Position numbers and translations under genes: made by a program. Shown in pieces: positions 38,746 to 52,815 of a stretch of 64,000 nucleotides of DNA. This DNA comes from Eledone cirrhosa (taxonomy: Eukaryota), in the NCBI GenBank assembly GCA_964016885.1, contig OZ024741.1, positions 202,616,001 to 202,680,000 on the forward strand, read 5' to 3'. How positions within the stretch are numbered: position 1 is the first letter of the stretch; each line of letters starts with the position of its first letter. The notes under the pieces were generated by a model. That model saw only the letters and a program-made list of their open reading frames with translations, ran no database searches and was not told the DNA's origin.

Positions 38746-39670
38746 AGCCCTCTGGCAGGCGGACCCGGCGATCAGTGGAGACTCCACTTCGACATTCTAT
38801 AGAGGGTTGATCCGCAGCAAGTGCGACGACGCGCTCGGTGAAACTCTAGGCGTAGAGGAAGACGAACTGGCCAGTCTGTTCGGTAGGACCTTCGGCCCGG
38901 GACCGATGGACAACTTCCAAAAGTCCCTGGCCTGGCAGTGCTACCGAGGAGCTCTAGCAGTTCGAGACAAGCTCTACAGACATTGGCGCCCGGGCAGGGA
39001 CCCTGCAAAAAAGATCTGTCCGAGGTGCGTATGAGACGAAGAAACCGTCGCGCATGCATTCATACACTTCCCGGGCGTTACCAACCTGTGGGGCTATGTA
39101 GAACGACTATTGTCGCGGGTGGGACCAATCCGGTTGACCACCGAGTCCATTGTCATGATCAAACCGCCACCCTCCTTCAAAAACGAAGGAGAGACGGTTT
39201 TCTTTTGTGTGATAGCTATAGCGAAAGAGGTTGTATGGTGGACAAGGTTGAAAGGGCTGAGGTCAGACAGCTTTCTCTCCGGCCAACAACTGATTCTTTT
39301 TTTCAAATACCACTTTGGAAGAAGAATCAGGATGGAGAGAGTGGTGCTGTACCCCAGCAAGTTTTATGAAAAGTGGGTGAAAGTGGCGAGAAGGGCCCGA
39401 GTGAATGGGCCTTCTCTCTATATCAGCCTGTAGATTGAGGAAAAAGAGGAGGAGAGGAAAGGAGTACAAACTCTTCGTACTCCTGGAGATGAGGGTTGCA
39501 CATTTTTTTCAGGGGTATGTGTTACCCATATGAAATGTCTCCCCTATTGGGGAAAATCAACTAATTTTTAAATTGCATTTGTGATAATATTTTACACGTT
39601 TTTATTGTATGTAAACTTCCCCCTTTGTATTTGTCCCCTTCTTTTGTGCCCCTGTGGCTAATAAAGAAAC
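38746..39670 (+). mobile_element. L1/Tx1-clade LINE 3' fragment, sister subfamily
   Basis: DNFQKSLAWQCYRGAL...KEVVWWTRLKGLRS...RVNGPSLYISL. Distinct 3' UTR. Lies in (ATCT)n. Confidence 0.9.
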
Positions 39671-41268
39671 ATATCTATCTATCTTTATGTCTTTATGGTA
39701 AATAAAGAAATATATCTATCTAATCTATCTATCTATATATATTATATATATTATATATATTATACCTGATTTTTAAGCAAGCCAAAGCTAATCTTCCCCT
39801 AGGTTGGTCGTCATAAATCGTGTACACAAGCTACAACCTCAGCATGATCTCGTTACATCTAGCTACAGATGTGAAATAGCGAGACGTGTTGGACAAGCTA
39901 CGGTCTCCCCGGGGGTTGCTGCTCAATTGATAACATTCTTTCCACACGACTGTCCCTTTTGTTAGAATAAATCTCTATGTAGTAGACAATCCTGCTGACA
40001 AACTTAGAAAAAACAAACAAACATACATGCGTATATGATGTATATATACATGTATATATGTAACACTTGTCAGTACATATGGTCTACACTTGTTCTTCAT
40101 AATCTTCATCTCTGTTGTAATCACGTAATGTTCCTCGTTGATGGTTTTTACTTGTTTCAAACGAAAAAGGCAGCCTTCTATAATTAGGGTCAGTGTTTTT
40201 ATCTGTCGTAAATGAAATGACTGCAGCCTGTAAGTTTTGCTTTGAAGAGAAGATTTTTCACTGTTCTTCCATTTGATATTATGCCGGCTCATTTCATTCT
40301 ACGCTAGGTAAGCTCCGCCAGATCAAATTTAGCGAACAACTAACATTCAATGCATAGTTTCTCAAGACACGTCTTCCAGTCGTCTATTTCTTAAGTGTCA
40401 GCAAATCGTAGAAATAAGATGTGACAACTAAAAAAAACAATAGTCAATTACGATTGTCATTTTTGGGCTGTTTCTAATATCTCTCACTCTCATCCAAGTC
40501 AACTTTGCTTTCCAGTATATCGCGGTTGATAAATAAAGTACCAGTTCAGTACTGGGGTCAAGTTTTCCTCTATATATCTTTCTCTCCCTCCCTACCTCTC
40601 TCGGTTATATTCTCATCTGGAGATGGATAGGCTCCGCTAGCTTTAATCCTTTTGATACTAATCCAGTTAAAACCAGCTCTGGTTCTGACCCCCCCCCCCC
40701 ATACACACATATATTTTAAAGGATTTCCATTTAAAATGAACATCTTCCAAAATAATTTCATATAAGAACCATATTTAAAGTTACTGTATTAGTTAATAAT
40801 TTTATCAAATCCTTCCAAATTCTCCACTAACCCTTTTGATATCAGTCCGACTAAAACTGGTTTTGGGTCTATGCAATAAAACCACCGGTTTTAAATGGTT
40901 CTTATTTAAATCTTAAAAAATATATATAACAATCATTTGTTAATTCACTGTCTTCATAATGAAATAATTAAAAATTTGAATAAATCCTTCAAAATTCTCC
41001 ATTAATTGAAATTAATTGAAATATAGTGTATTTCAACTGAATACAGTTTATGTAGAATTAATTAATTGAAATGCATAATCAAAAGTGTAATTCATTAGAA
41101 ATCTGATCACAAAAAGGTTAAATACCGAAGATACACCGTGTGTGACATGATTGGTCATTGAATTATAAGTGCATATTCATTTTTGAGAGCTGAAGCGACA
41201 TGAAAAAATATATTTTTTCTCAACAACACATTGCACCGTCGGTAATCGAACTGCCAACTGTCTAGGCT

Positions 41269-41332
41269 GCGTGTCTTCATATAGCTAGGTCGCGTGTCTT
41301 CATATAGCTAGGTCGCGTGTCTTCATATTGCT
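41269..41332. repeat. 23-bp tandem repeat, ~2.8 copies
   Basis: GCGTGTCTTCATATAGCTAGGTC repeated. Confidence 0.85.
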
Positions 41333-41431
41333 GAGATATATATCATCAACAGTCATAAAACAACGATGGCTAGAAAAAAATGGGTTGCAATTTTATGTTA
41401 ATTGTAAATATACGAGTTTTTCATTATAGGA

Positions 41432-41622
41432 TAATAATTGTTTCTACTTTAGGCATAAGGCCAGCAAATACCCAGTGCATTACTGGTACTTTATTTTATC
41501 GACCCCGTAAGGATGAAAGGCAAAGTTAACCTCGGCGGGATTTGAACTCAGAATGGCAAGGGCCGTAACTCTATGCGTCAAAGCATGGCGTCCGACTCTC
41601 TACCGATACTGCCAATCCACCG
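41432..41622 (-). mobile_element. Family A SINE with probable target-site duplication
   Basis: Full copy. ATTATAGGATAATAAT is present on both flanks. Confidence 0.9.
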
Positions 41623-41649
41623 CTAAATTATAGGATAATAATGTGAAGT

Positions 41650-41930
41650 TACATGGCTCAGTGGTCGGTATTGAGTTCGATTTTTGGTGGGGTATTGTGT
41701 GCCTGAGAAAGACACTTAATTTTACGTTGTTCTTGTCAAGAATGAGTTGTTCATGTAATTCAAAGAGTCAGACTTGTTACACAGTGTCACGCTGAATCTC
41801 CCTGAGAATTACGTGAAGCGTACACGTGTCTGCGGAATATTCAACCATTTGTCCGTTAATTTCACGGACAGGCTGTTACATTGATGGAACAACCGGAATA
41901 TTTGTTGTCGGCACCAACGGAGATCCAACA
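41650..41930 (+). mobile_element. Family B SINE
   Basis: tRNA head TGGCTCAGTGG / GAGTTCGAT plus the family B body. Confidence 0.75.
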
Positions 41931-42008
41931 TAGATAAAATTATGTTGAAAGACTTTAATTTAAATAGGAATCCTTTAACGCTTTTGTGCGCGTACTTGTA
42001 ATGAAATA

Positions 42009-42145
42009 CCGTATTTTTCGGCGTCTCAAAAATCTACCATGCGTCCTGAAGGCCGAAGGTTGATTATTATTTTTTTAAAAATTTTTGGTTGTCAAAATTA
42101 GGGTGCATCCTCGAGGATGAAGCATCTTCGGCGTCGGGAAATACG
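42009..42145. mobile_element. pogo/Tc2-like MITE
   Basis: TA-CCGTATTTTTCGGCG ... CGTCGGGAAATACGG-TA TIRs with TA duplication. Confidence 0.7.
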
Positions 42146-42900
42146 GTAAGTTGCACTTTATGAATGAATTAATGAAGAATTTTGAGGGTTTACTAAAATT
42201 ATTAATTATTTCCTTAAGATCCTAACATAATATATGGTTCATATAAAATTATGATCGAAAATTTTAATTTAAAGTGAAACCCTTTAAAATGTGTGATTTT
42301 GTTATATAGAACAAGAGGCAGTTTTGGCTGGGTTCGTATCAAAAGGATTAAAAAGGAACCCTTTTAAAAGGGTGGATTTATTTTATATAACAAGAGTTGA
42401 TTTTAGCTGGTTGTGTATCAAAACTGTTAAATAGAAATTCTCTAGAATGCGTGGTTTTGTTTCATAGAACCAGTGCTCGTTTTAACCAGGTTTCTATTAA
42501 AGAGGTACACAGGAGTTTCAAATGAACTCACGATATCCCTTATGTGTGTATACGTGTGTGACTTTGTGTGCGCACGTGTATGCCTATGTATGTGTGTATA
42601 TGTAAATATCTGAATTTTATAAGCATGCAAACATTCACACACACACATCCAAATGAGCATCGCCAGAAAATGTTTATCGCGAAAAATTCTATATAGACTT
42701 TAATCTATTTCGATGCCAGTACAGGTTGAGTGAATGTCCCTTAAGAAAGATTTACAAATCTTGAAACAGCGCTTTCCGACATTCTCAATCGTATTGTGAT
42801 ATATTGACAGAGATAAATAACTTTTTTCGTTACACTTATAGTATATGTTTATATGTACACCACCTCTATTATGCATACATTTAGTCTGAGTGCTACTGGC

Positions 42901-42964
<64 letters not shown>

Positions 42965-42970
<6 letters not shown>

Positions 42971-43022
42971 AACCGGCAAATTTACAAATTCAAATTGAAT
43001 TTGTAAATTTGCCGGTTACATA
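42965..43022. repeat. Perfect hairpin inside (TA)n
   Basis: TGTAACCGGCAAATTTACAAATTCA-AAT-TGAATTTGTAAATTTGCCGGTTACA. Confidence 0.9.
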
Positions 43023-43112
43023 TATATATTTTTTAACAGTTTCCGAAGAATTTTATTACTCCAAGATATTCACAATCCCTAATTGGATTACCTATAGCGA
43101 TATTTTGTGATC

Positions 43113-43181
<69 letters not shown>

Positions 43182-43296
43182 GTATATATACATGTGTGTG
43201 TATATATATATATATTTACATTTATATATATATATTTACATATATATATATATATATATTTAATTATATATAATATATATATATATATATAATGTA

Positions 43297-43358
<62 letters not shown>

Positions 43359-43436
43359 GTATATATGTATATATATATGTATATGTGTGTATATATCTAT
43401 ATGTATGTTTATGTATATATGTCTATATATTTGTAT

Positions 43437-43478
<42 letters not shown>

Positions 43479-43758
43479 ATGTGTGTGTATGTATGTGTGT
43501 GTGTGTATATATATATTTATATATATATATTTAAATATAAATACACACACACATACATATATATATACAGGCTAACACATGTCCAAATAAGGAATAGTTA
43601 CAAGCCGACCTGAAGTATTCAACGTCCTGCTTTCATATCTGGGGAAACCTTGAATATCTTATGATTAATGCTTTAATAACACCGTTGAAATAACGAAAAT
43701 AATACACAGACACTTAGATACACAAACTCTCTCTCTCTCTCTTACACACACACACACA

Positions 43759-43883
<125 letters not shown>

Positions 43884-43886
43884 GCA

Positions 43887-43917
<31 letters not shown>

Positions 43918-44029
43918 ATTAATATACATACATATATATATTATATATATATATGTATATATGTATACATATATATATGTATATATATATGTATATATAT
44001 ATGTATATATATATATACATATATATATG

Positions 44030-44084
<55 letters not shown>

Positions 44085-44163
44085 TTGTATATATATATAC
44101 ATATATATATGTATATATATATGTATATATATATGTATATATATATATACATATATATATATG

Positions 44164-44236
<73 letters not shown>

Positions 44237-44283
44237 GTATATATATATAGGTATATATATATACATATATATATATGTATATA

Positions 44284-44343
<60 letters not shown>

Positions 44344-44470
44344 AATTCATAAGGTCCTACTCGTTCCTATATATATATTACATATATATATATGTACATA
44401 TATATACATATATATATGTATATATATATGTATATATATATATGTATATATATATACATATATATATATG

Positions 44471-44535
<65 letters not shown>

Positions 44536-44767
44536 CGATAAATTAACGGAGGCATAGGCCCTTACTTTATTTACGCTTTAATTTATATTTTTAATTATCG
44601 TGTCTATAGTCTGCCTTTCATAGGTTATAGATTCCATACACTGGTGGGTTTTTTCCTTGTTTTATTGATAACGCACTGTATATCTCTCTCTAGTGTGTTA
44701 CCTTTCCAACATATTGTATTTTATATATATATACATACATATATATCATATATATATACATATGTGA

Positions 44768-44805
<38 letters not shown>

Positions 44806-44879
44806 ATATAATATATACAATATATATACAAATATATATATGTATATATATATATACATATATATATGTATATATATAT

Positions 44880-44971
<92 letters not shown>

Positions 44972-45012
44972 TTACATACATATACATATATATATGTATA
45001 TAACTACACACA

Positions 45013-45077
<65 letters not shown>

Positions 45078-45455
45078 GACACTAATAATATTCTAATGAT
45101 TAATGCCGTCTATTAAGAAACACCTTCCTGGAAATATCGACAATCATATAAATTATGTAATCAATATGTTTATTAGGGTGTGAGGTTACACTAAAACTTC
45201 CTGGCTGTAAGATATATCACATTAGTTGAAATAATTATCCCTAGTTGTTATTATTAATGTCTCTGAAAGTTAAACAGGATCCGTTATTTTCTTTACAAAT
45301 ATTTTGTTAATATATGATAGCACTTGACTTGACGTATTCAACTATTATTTATAGTTATCTGTATTGTGGCGGTTTCTCAAAGGGATCCACATATTTTCGA
45401 TAAATAAGTATATATATATAATTATGCTTATGTTTAAATATATATACGTCCCTTA

Positions 45456-45528
<73 letters not shown>

Positions 45529-45667
45529 CGAAGGAAATGTGGTAAGGAACCAGGTGGACCATAACGCACCAAAGTACTCAATACTTAGGGTAGTAGAGTG
45601 GATAATAAGAACAGAATTAGCCGTCGAAACGGCTTGAGCTCAGCCGTCGGGGTCCTACTCGTTCCTA

Positions 45668-45699
<32 letters not shown>

Positions 45700-45814
45700 C
45701 ATATATATATATACATATATATATATACATATGTATCTCTCTCTCATATATCTCTCTCTCTCACACACTCTCTCACTCTCTCTCTCTGTTTCTCTCTCTC
45801 TCTTTCTCTCTCTC

Positions 45815-45906
<92 letters not shown>

Positions 45907-46209
45907 ATGTATATATATATATATAATGTTTAATATAGAAGTGGCTTCTACAGGACTAGAACTGTTTCATTCGATGGAAATCAGCATTTCTATATTAAAC
46001 ATTTATACTCTGCTATGTATTGTGTACCTTACTTACTGTGGTTACCCCCGATTGAACGTGGAACACACACACACGCACACACACACACATACATATGTGT
46101 GTGTGTCAATGTTTCCATTATGTGTATATATTATATATACATATCATAACACTATTCATCGAAACAAACACACAAACGCACACACACACAAATATATATA
46201 TATTTGTAT

Positions 46210-46300
<91 letters not shown>

Positions 46301-46353
46301 TATATATATATATGTATATGTATATATATATGTGTGTGTGTATGCATGTATGT

Positions 46354-46401
<48 letters not shown>

Positions 46402-46465
46402 TTGATAACTTGGAAACATTTCGGCAGCTAGAATCCCAACCCATGTTTAACTTAAATAGCTTCTA

Positions 46466-46505
<40 letters not shown>

Positions 46506-46511
<6 letters not shown>

Positions 46512-46887
46512 ATACTTTGGGAGGGTCATGCTGCCAATAAAAACACATGCATCTGTTGGTTTTCACTTCAATTTATCATAAATTTCCGGTCGGTTGGTTG
46601 GTTGGTTCGATAACCGGATGGTTGTTTATATATTGTCAAAGCTCTTTCGTCACACATTAAACACCTAGCCACTGAGGAGGTCACATAATGTGTGACGAAA
46701 GAGCTTTGACAATGTATAAACAACCATCCGGTTATTGAACCAACTGGAAATTAATAATATATTGAAGTGAAAAGCAACAGGTGCGTGTGTTTTTATTGGC
46801 AGCATGACCCTCCCAATGTATAACAATATCTGTTTCAACACAGATAAGAAATCTTACAAAACAAATTCAAAACAAATTCAAAAACGA

Positions 46888-46890
<3 letters not shown>
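46506..46890. mobile_element. Head-to-head Penelope-like pLTR pair (diverged subfamily) with hammerhead at 46668-46710 (+)
   Basis: CTGAGGA-G-GTCACA-TAATG-TGTGAC-GAAA-GAGC-TT-TGAC. Arms are homologous to 52330-52585. Confidence 0.85.
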
Positions 46891-46964
<74 letters not shown>

Positions 46965-46985
46965 ATATATGTATGTATATAATAT

Positions 46986-47379
46986 ATCATTGGATACCAT
47001 CAGGGTTGCAGGTATTATGTCAGAGTTTTCCTTCTCCTAGAATTCTGCCTTGACAAATGATGTTGACTTGTTCTTCTTTTTGGTAAATATCATCTTGGTT
47101 AAGAGAGTGGGACTGGCTTTGTGCAGTGCCTTTGCTCACTATAAAAGCTTCACGGCACAGGCATTGCTTTATATCTGGAGATCTCTCTGCACTTGTCGTC
47201 ACATGGTACCATGGGCCCAGCACTGTGTGTCAATAATTGTCACAAGTGTAGTGTTTGTACCAGAGTTTTCAAGTCGCTGGCTGGACTAAAAAGTCAGACT
47301 CGTTCAGCGCATCGGTAGGGGTTCTCCTACATGGATATAAAGTAGTGGCCGTACTCGCAAACGAGTTGGCAGCCACCAT
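46986..47379 (+). mobile_element. 5'-inverted copy of the 11835-12395 retroposon
   Basis: 47056-47379 is the reverse complement of 11835-12160. 46986-47057 is a direct copy of 12154-12226. Confidence 0.8.
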
Positions 47380-47678
47380 ATAATACCTATGTATGTAGAG
47401 TATGTAGAGAGAAGTACACAAAGAGGTATGTGTTTAATCATATTCTTTTAATGGATCTGTCTTCTCCATTCTTTTCGTAGAAAATATGTTCTTCACACTG
47501 GTGGTATTCTATCCCCTATGATCCAACACATACCACTTTATGTATTTCTCTCTATATACTGATTTATAAAGAGCCCGGAATCTATTGCTTGAGTTCATTA
47601 AATTATAGGGACTTAACGTGAGTCTTTAACTCCGTTTTTTAATTTTATATATTTATATACATATATACACACACGCAT

Positions 47679-47837
<159 letters not shown>

Positions 47838-48384
47838 ACTTTGATAGGTTTCGACCAGCATTGGCCCAGGCCATGTCTAACTTAATAGCACCACCTGGTA
47901 TTACAAGTAAAAAACGTTCTTGACTTTAGAGTAAATAGATGTAAGCACTCCACGACTTGAGTACGTTAAGGTATTACCTATATGGTATCAGTCGGAATGT
48001 CAATATTATAAAAAAGGAGACGGTATCACTTATACATCCTTTGTTTACTACATCATCCATTGCTGAAATAAGTAAATGCTGTATAAATAGTACCGTCTTT
48101 TTTATAATATACGATATATTATCTCGGAAATTAAGGATATTCAAATAAATTCAAGGTAAAAGACTAATTGTCAGCAATATCTTTTGCATTTATATTTATA
48201 TTCTATATCCCTACCTGCATTGTTTTGGCCTTCTAACTCCAAACGTTTATACCTCATTACACAATGCTTCAAATAAACTACACTTTTCTCCTATATATAT
48301 ATAAGGAACGATCGACTTTCGTCAAATCGGACCGAGGGAAGAATGTTTCCGTTGGTCTTTCCAATTGCTAATACTATCTATCGG

Positions 48385-48520
48385 TCGCAACTCCAGGTAG
48401 AAGGAGCAACGTGAAATAAAGTGTCTTGCTCAAGGACATAACGCATCGCCTGGTCCAGGAATCGAACTGACAACCTTACGATTGCGAATCCAATTCTCTA
48501 ACCACTCAGCCACACGCCTT
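48385..48520 (-). mobile_element. tRNA-derived SINE head
   Basis: Reverse complement GGCGTGTGGCTGAGTGGTTAGA...AGTTCGATTCC...TCCTTGAGCAAGACACTTTA. Confidence 0.75.
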
Positions 48521-48532
48521 CACATATATCTA

Positions 48533-48670
<138 letters not shown>

Positions 48671-48823
48671 CATATATATATGTACATATACATATTTATA
48701 TATATATATATACATATATATATGTACATATACATATTTATACATACATATATACATATGTATATGTATGCATCTATCTATCTGTATCTGTCATCTGTCT
48801 CCCCACCTCTCTCTCTCTATATG

Positions 48824-48870
<47 letters not shown>

Positions 48871-49005
48871 GGGGGGGGTGGAGACAAATGACAGATATAT
48901 ATATATATATATGTATATATATGTGTATGTATGTATATATGTATATATATATGTATATATGTATATATATGTATATATGTATATATATATATACATATAT
49001 ATATG

Positions 49006-49038
<33 letters not shown>

Positions 49039-49093
49039 GTATATATATATGTGTATATATATATGTGTATATATATATATGTGTATATATATG

Positions 49094-49127
<34 letters not shown>

Positions 49128-49130
49128 TAT

Positions 49131-49312
49131 AGGAACCAGTAAGACCCCGACGGCTGAGCTCAAGCCGTTTCGACGTCCAGAATTAGCCGTCGAAACGGCT
49201 TGAGCTCAGCCGTCGGGGTCTTACTGGTTCCTATTACCCACTCTACTACCCTAAGTATTGAGTACTTTGGTGCGTTATGGTCCACCTGGTTCCTTACCAC
49301 ATTTCCTTCGTT
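49131..49312. repeat. Asymmetric fold-back element (family of 31369 and 45527)
   Basis: ~45-bp perfect inverted repeat AGGAACCAGTAAGACCCCGACGGCTGAGCTCAAGCCGTTTCGACG plus an 80-bp one-sided extension, with TA flanks. Confidence 0.85.
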
Positions 49313-50175
49313 ATATATATATATATATATATATGTATGTCGGATTTGTTTATCGTAAATTCGTGAGCTGATTTTCCGATACTCGATTATTCTATTATAT
49401 TTAGCTCTAGACATAGCTATTGACCAGTTAATTTTATTGTTCATTTTTTGTCGATTCTATTGAATGATGAATAGCTCCTGTTTATTTTAACATGTCTATC
49501 GAGCACTCTGATTCGATATGTGTTTTCCACATTACCGATAATTTTTCGCAAATATAGAGGTTGTCTCCCTTGCTGGACTCCATGTGCTGGACTCCTAGCT
49601 AAAGTTAACTTCTTTATCCGTTGGACGTAACCCGTTGATAAAGTGTTCCGGTCCATCCGCTCCCTAGAAGTCTTATATATTTTTATGTGGGCTGATAGGG
49701 GGCGGATTAAGGAATTGCAGAAACCCAAGAAGCTAGATTTACCACCTTTCTAGTGGGTCCGGGTAAGTTTTTTACATTCATATAAATTATTGATTTATTG
49801 ATATTTTATTTGAGTGACCCGAATCTTCCTGGTCGTTCTTTTTCGGCTGCATGGGTGATTTTAGACATAATCTTTGTGTGTTGGTATTTTAACGATAGTT
49901 ATAGCTCTGATTTATCTGAATTATTGAGCCCTCTGCCACTCATGTCGGATTTGTTTATCGTAAATTCGTGAGCTGATTTTCCGATACTCGATTATTCTAT
50001 TATATATATATATATATATATATATTGTTATACTTTGGGAGGGTCATGTTGCCAATAAGAAACACACGCACCAGTTGCTTTCACTTCAATTTATTATAAT
50101 AAATTTATAAATTTAGGAATTTATAAATTTCCGGTTGGTTGGTTGGTTCCACAACCAGATGATTGTTTATATATT

Positions 50176-50218
50176 GTCAAAGTTCTTTCGTCACACATTC
50201 TGTGACCTCTTCAGTGAC
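50176..50218 (-). ncRNA. Minimal type I hammerhead in PLE pLTR
   Basis: Reverse complement of GTCACTGAAGAGGTCACAGAATGTGTGACGAAAGAACTTTGAC. Confidence 0.8.
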
Positions 50219-50419
50219 TGGGGATTCTTTTCTTTGTTTTTGTGCCTCTCCTTTGTTCTGTCTTACGCCATCTTGTTTTTGTGTGTGTTGTGTGCTTAGT
50301 TTGCGCATGTGTTACATCTGGGTGTCTGTGTGTGTTTATATTTGTTTACTTATTTGTTTATTTACATATTACTGGTTGGTCGCTTTTTCTATGTGCGTGT
50401 GTGTGTTTTCATTTTGTCC

Positions 50420-51091
50420 TTAATTGTAAGTTGTGATGTTGCTGTTCCACTCATGTTTTCTATTTAATTTTGGTTGGAGTTCATTTATGTTTATTGCCTC
50501 TGTGATTTGTCTAAACATTTCGTCTTTTCTGTGTGTAGATTCTATTTTTATTTCTATGTTCTCTAATTTACCCTTATGTTCTATTTTAGCATGTTGGTAG
50601 AGTACAGATGATTCTTTACTATCATGAAGGTCTCGCCAGTGTTCATTTATCCGTTCCCCTATACTACGAGCTGTCTCACCTATGTACACTATATTTTTAT
50701 CTCTACATTGTCCTTCAGTACATCTTATGCTATATACTACATCTCTAGTTTTACAGTTAATATGGGGGCTTAATTTACAGATTATACATTTCTTATCTAT
50801 CCAGGGAGGTCTTTGAAAAGGGTATGTATTGCTAATAAGTGTTTTTATGGAGGTACCTGGTCTTTCTACTATCTTAATATTGAGTTTATGTTTATCTAGG
50901 GCCCTTCTAAATTTGTAAGCTAATTCACCTCTAGGGGTTGTATCGATGAACATTACACTCTGGTATTTATTGCTATCATACCATGAGTTTATTCTATTAG
51001 TCTTATTCCTAGTTCTTTCTATTCTATTCCAAAATTTGTACCTATACAAGGGGCAGGTCCCATTTGTGTCATTATTTACCATTTTTTCCAT
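50420..51091 (-). pseudogene. PLE C-terminal linker plus GIY-YIG endonuclease (open segment of a disrupted ORF)
   Basis: VVY-x-YIGET-x-ER-x-EH-x-EA-x-LN GIY-YIG pattern with an upstream Cys cluster. Confidence 0.85.
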
Positions 51092-52330
51092 TTGGTTCTG
51101 GCTCCTCTATATACTCTGATTTTATCTCTCTGATTGTAACCAGAGAACTGCATACGGTGGATGAAGTGTTGTATGTGTCTCTCTAGTTCTTTGAGGTTGC
51201 ACATGCGGGACACGTTTCTCATCACTCGTACCAAATCCGCAATCAGTATGTTGATTTTGGTATGGTCCGAAACAGCTGGAAGTCATGGGAATGGAGGATT
51301 TGTTTTTTGTTATTAATGGTATGTAACCAGAGCTCTGTGTCTAGTACAGGTAATCGATGGTTGGGGTGTTTGCTTGGGTAGTCTATAGTAACTCTAATAC
51401 TCTGGTGGATGGAGTTAGCTATTTGCTGGATGCTTTCCATTGTGATTTTCTCTAATTCCTGACTGTTCTCTAGTGGGCGTGTTTTTACTACGATGTTTAT
51501 ATCATCAACATAGCGGGAGTACATTATCAGGGTTGAGGGGTCTTCTAATTGTTCTTTAAGTTTAAGTCTACTGTCCCACCATACCATAAATAGGTTAGCT
51601 ATGTCGCCTGCAATGCTAACACCGATGGCTGCTCCCTCCTCTTGGGCATATGTTTTTCCATTAAATTTGAACATATGTTCCGTAAGGGTTAATTTTATGC
51701 TGGCCCCCACCGCATGTGCAATCATTTTCTTTAGTTCATCGTGGTTTTCGGGGGTCCGTATGGCTCTGGTCCACCCGTACACCATATTAACTGTAAAACT
51801 AGAGATGTAGTATATAGCATAAGATGTACTGAAGGACACTGTAGAGATAAAAATATAGTGTACATAGGTGAGACAGCTCGTAGTATAGGGGAACGGATAA
51901 ATGAACACTGGCGAGACCTTCAAGATAGTAAAGAATCATCTGTACTCTACCAACATGCTAAAATAGAACATAAGGGTAAATTAGAGAACATAGAAATAAA
52001 AATAGAATCTACACACAGAAAAGACGCAATGTTTAGATAAATCACAGAGACAATAAACATAAATGAACTTCAACGAAAATTAAATAGAAAACATGAGTGG
52101 AACAGCAACATCACAACTTACAATTAAGGACAAAATGAAAACACACACACGCACATAGAACAAACAACCAACCAGTAACATGTAAATAAACAAATAAGTA
52201 AACGAATATAAACACACACAGACACCCGGATGTAACACACGCGCAAACTAAGCACACAACACACACACAAAAACAAGATGGCGTAGGACAGAACAAAGGA
52301 GAGGCACAAAAACAACGAAAAGAATCCCCA

Positions 52331-52373
52331 GTCACTGAAGAGGTCACAGAATGTGTGACGAAAGAACTTTGAC
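52331..52373 (+). ncRNA. Minimal type I hammerhead in PLE pLTR
   Basis: GTCA-CTGAAGA-G-GTCACA-GAATG-TGTGAC-GAAA-GAAC-TT-TGAC. Confidence 0.8.
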
Positions 52374-52583
52374 AATATATAAACAATCATCTGGTTGTGG
52401 AACCAACCAACCACCCGGAAATTTATAAATTCCTAAATTTATAAATTTATTATAATAAATTGAAGTGAAAGCAACTGGTGCGTGTGTTTCTTATTGGCAA
52501 CATGACCCTCCCAAAGTATAACAATATCGGTTTCAACACACGTTTTCAGATAAAGAATCTTGCTAAACAAATTCAGAAACGAA

Positions 52584-52719
<136 letters not shown>

Positions 52720-52724
52720 GTATA

Positions 52725-52815
<91 letters not shown>

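Noticed and set aside
39975-40292. 105-aa non-repetitive ORF as a host exon
   Set aside because: No recognisable domain and no convincing splice structure.
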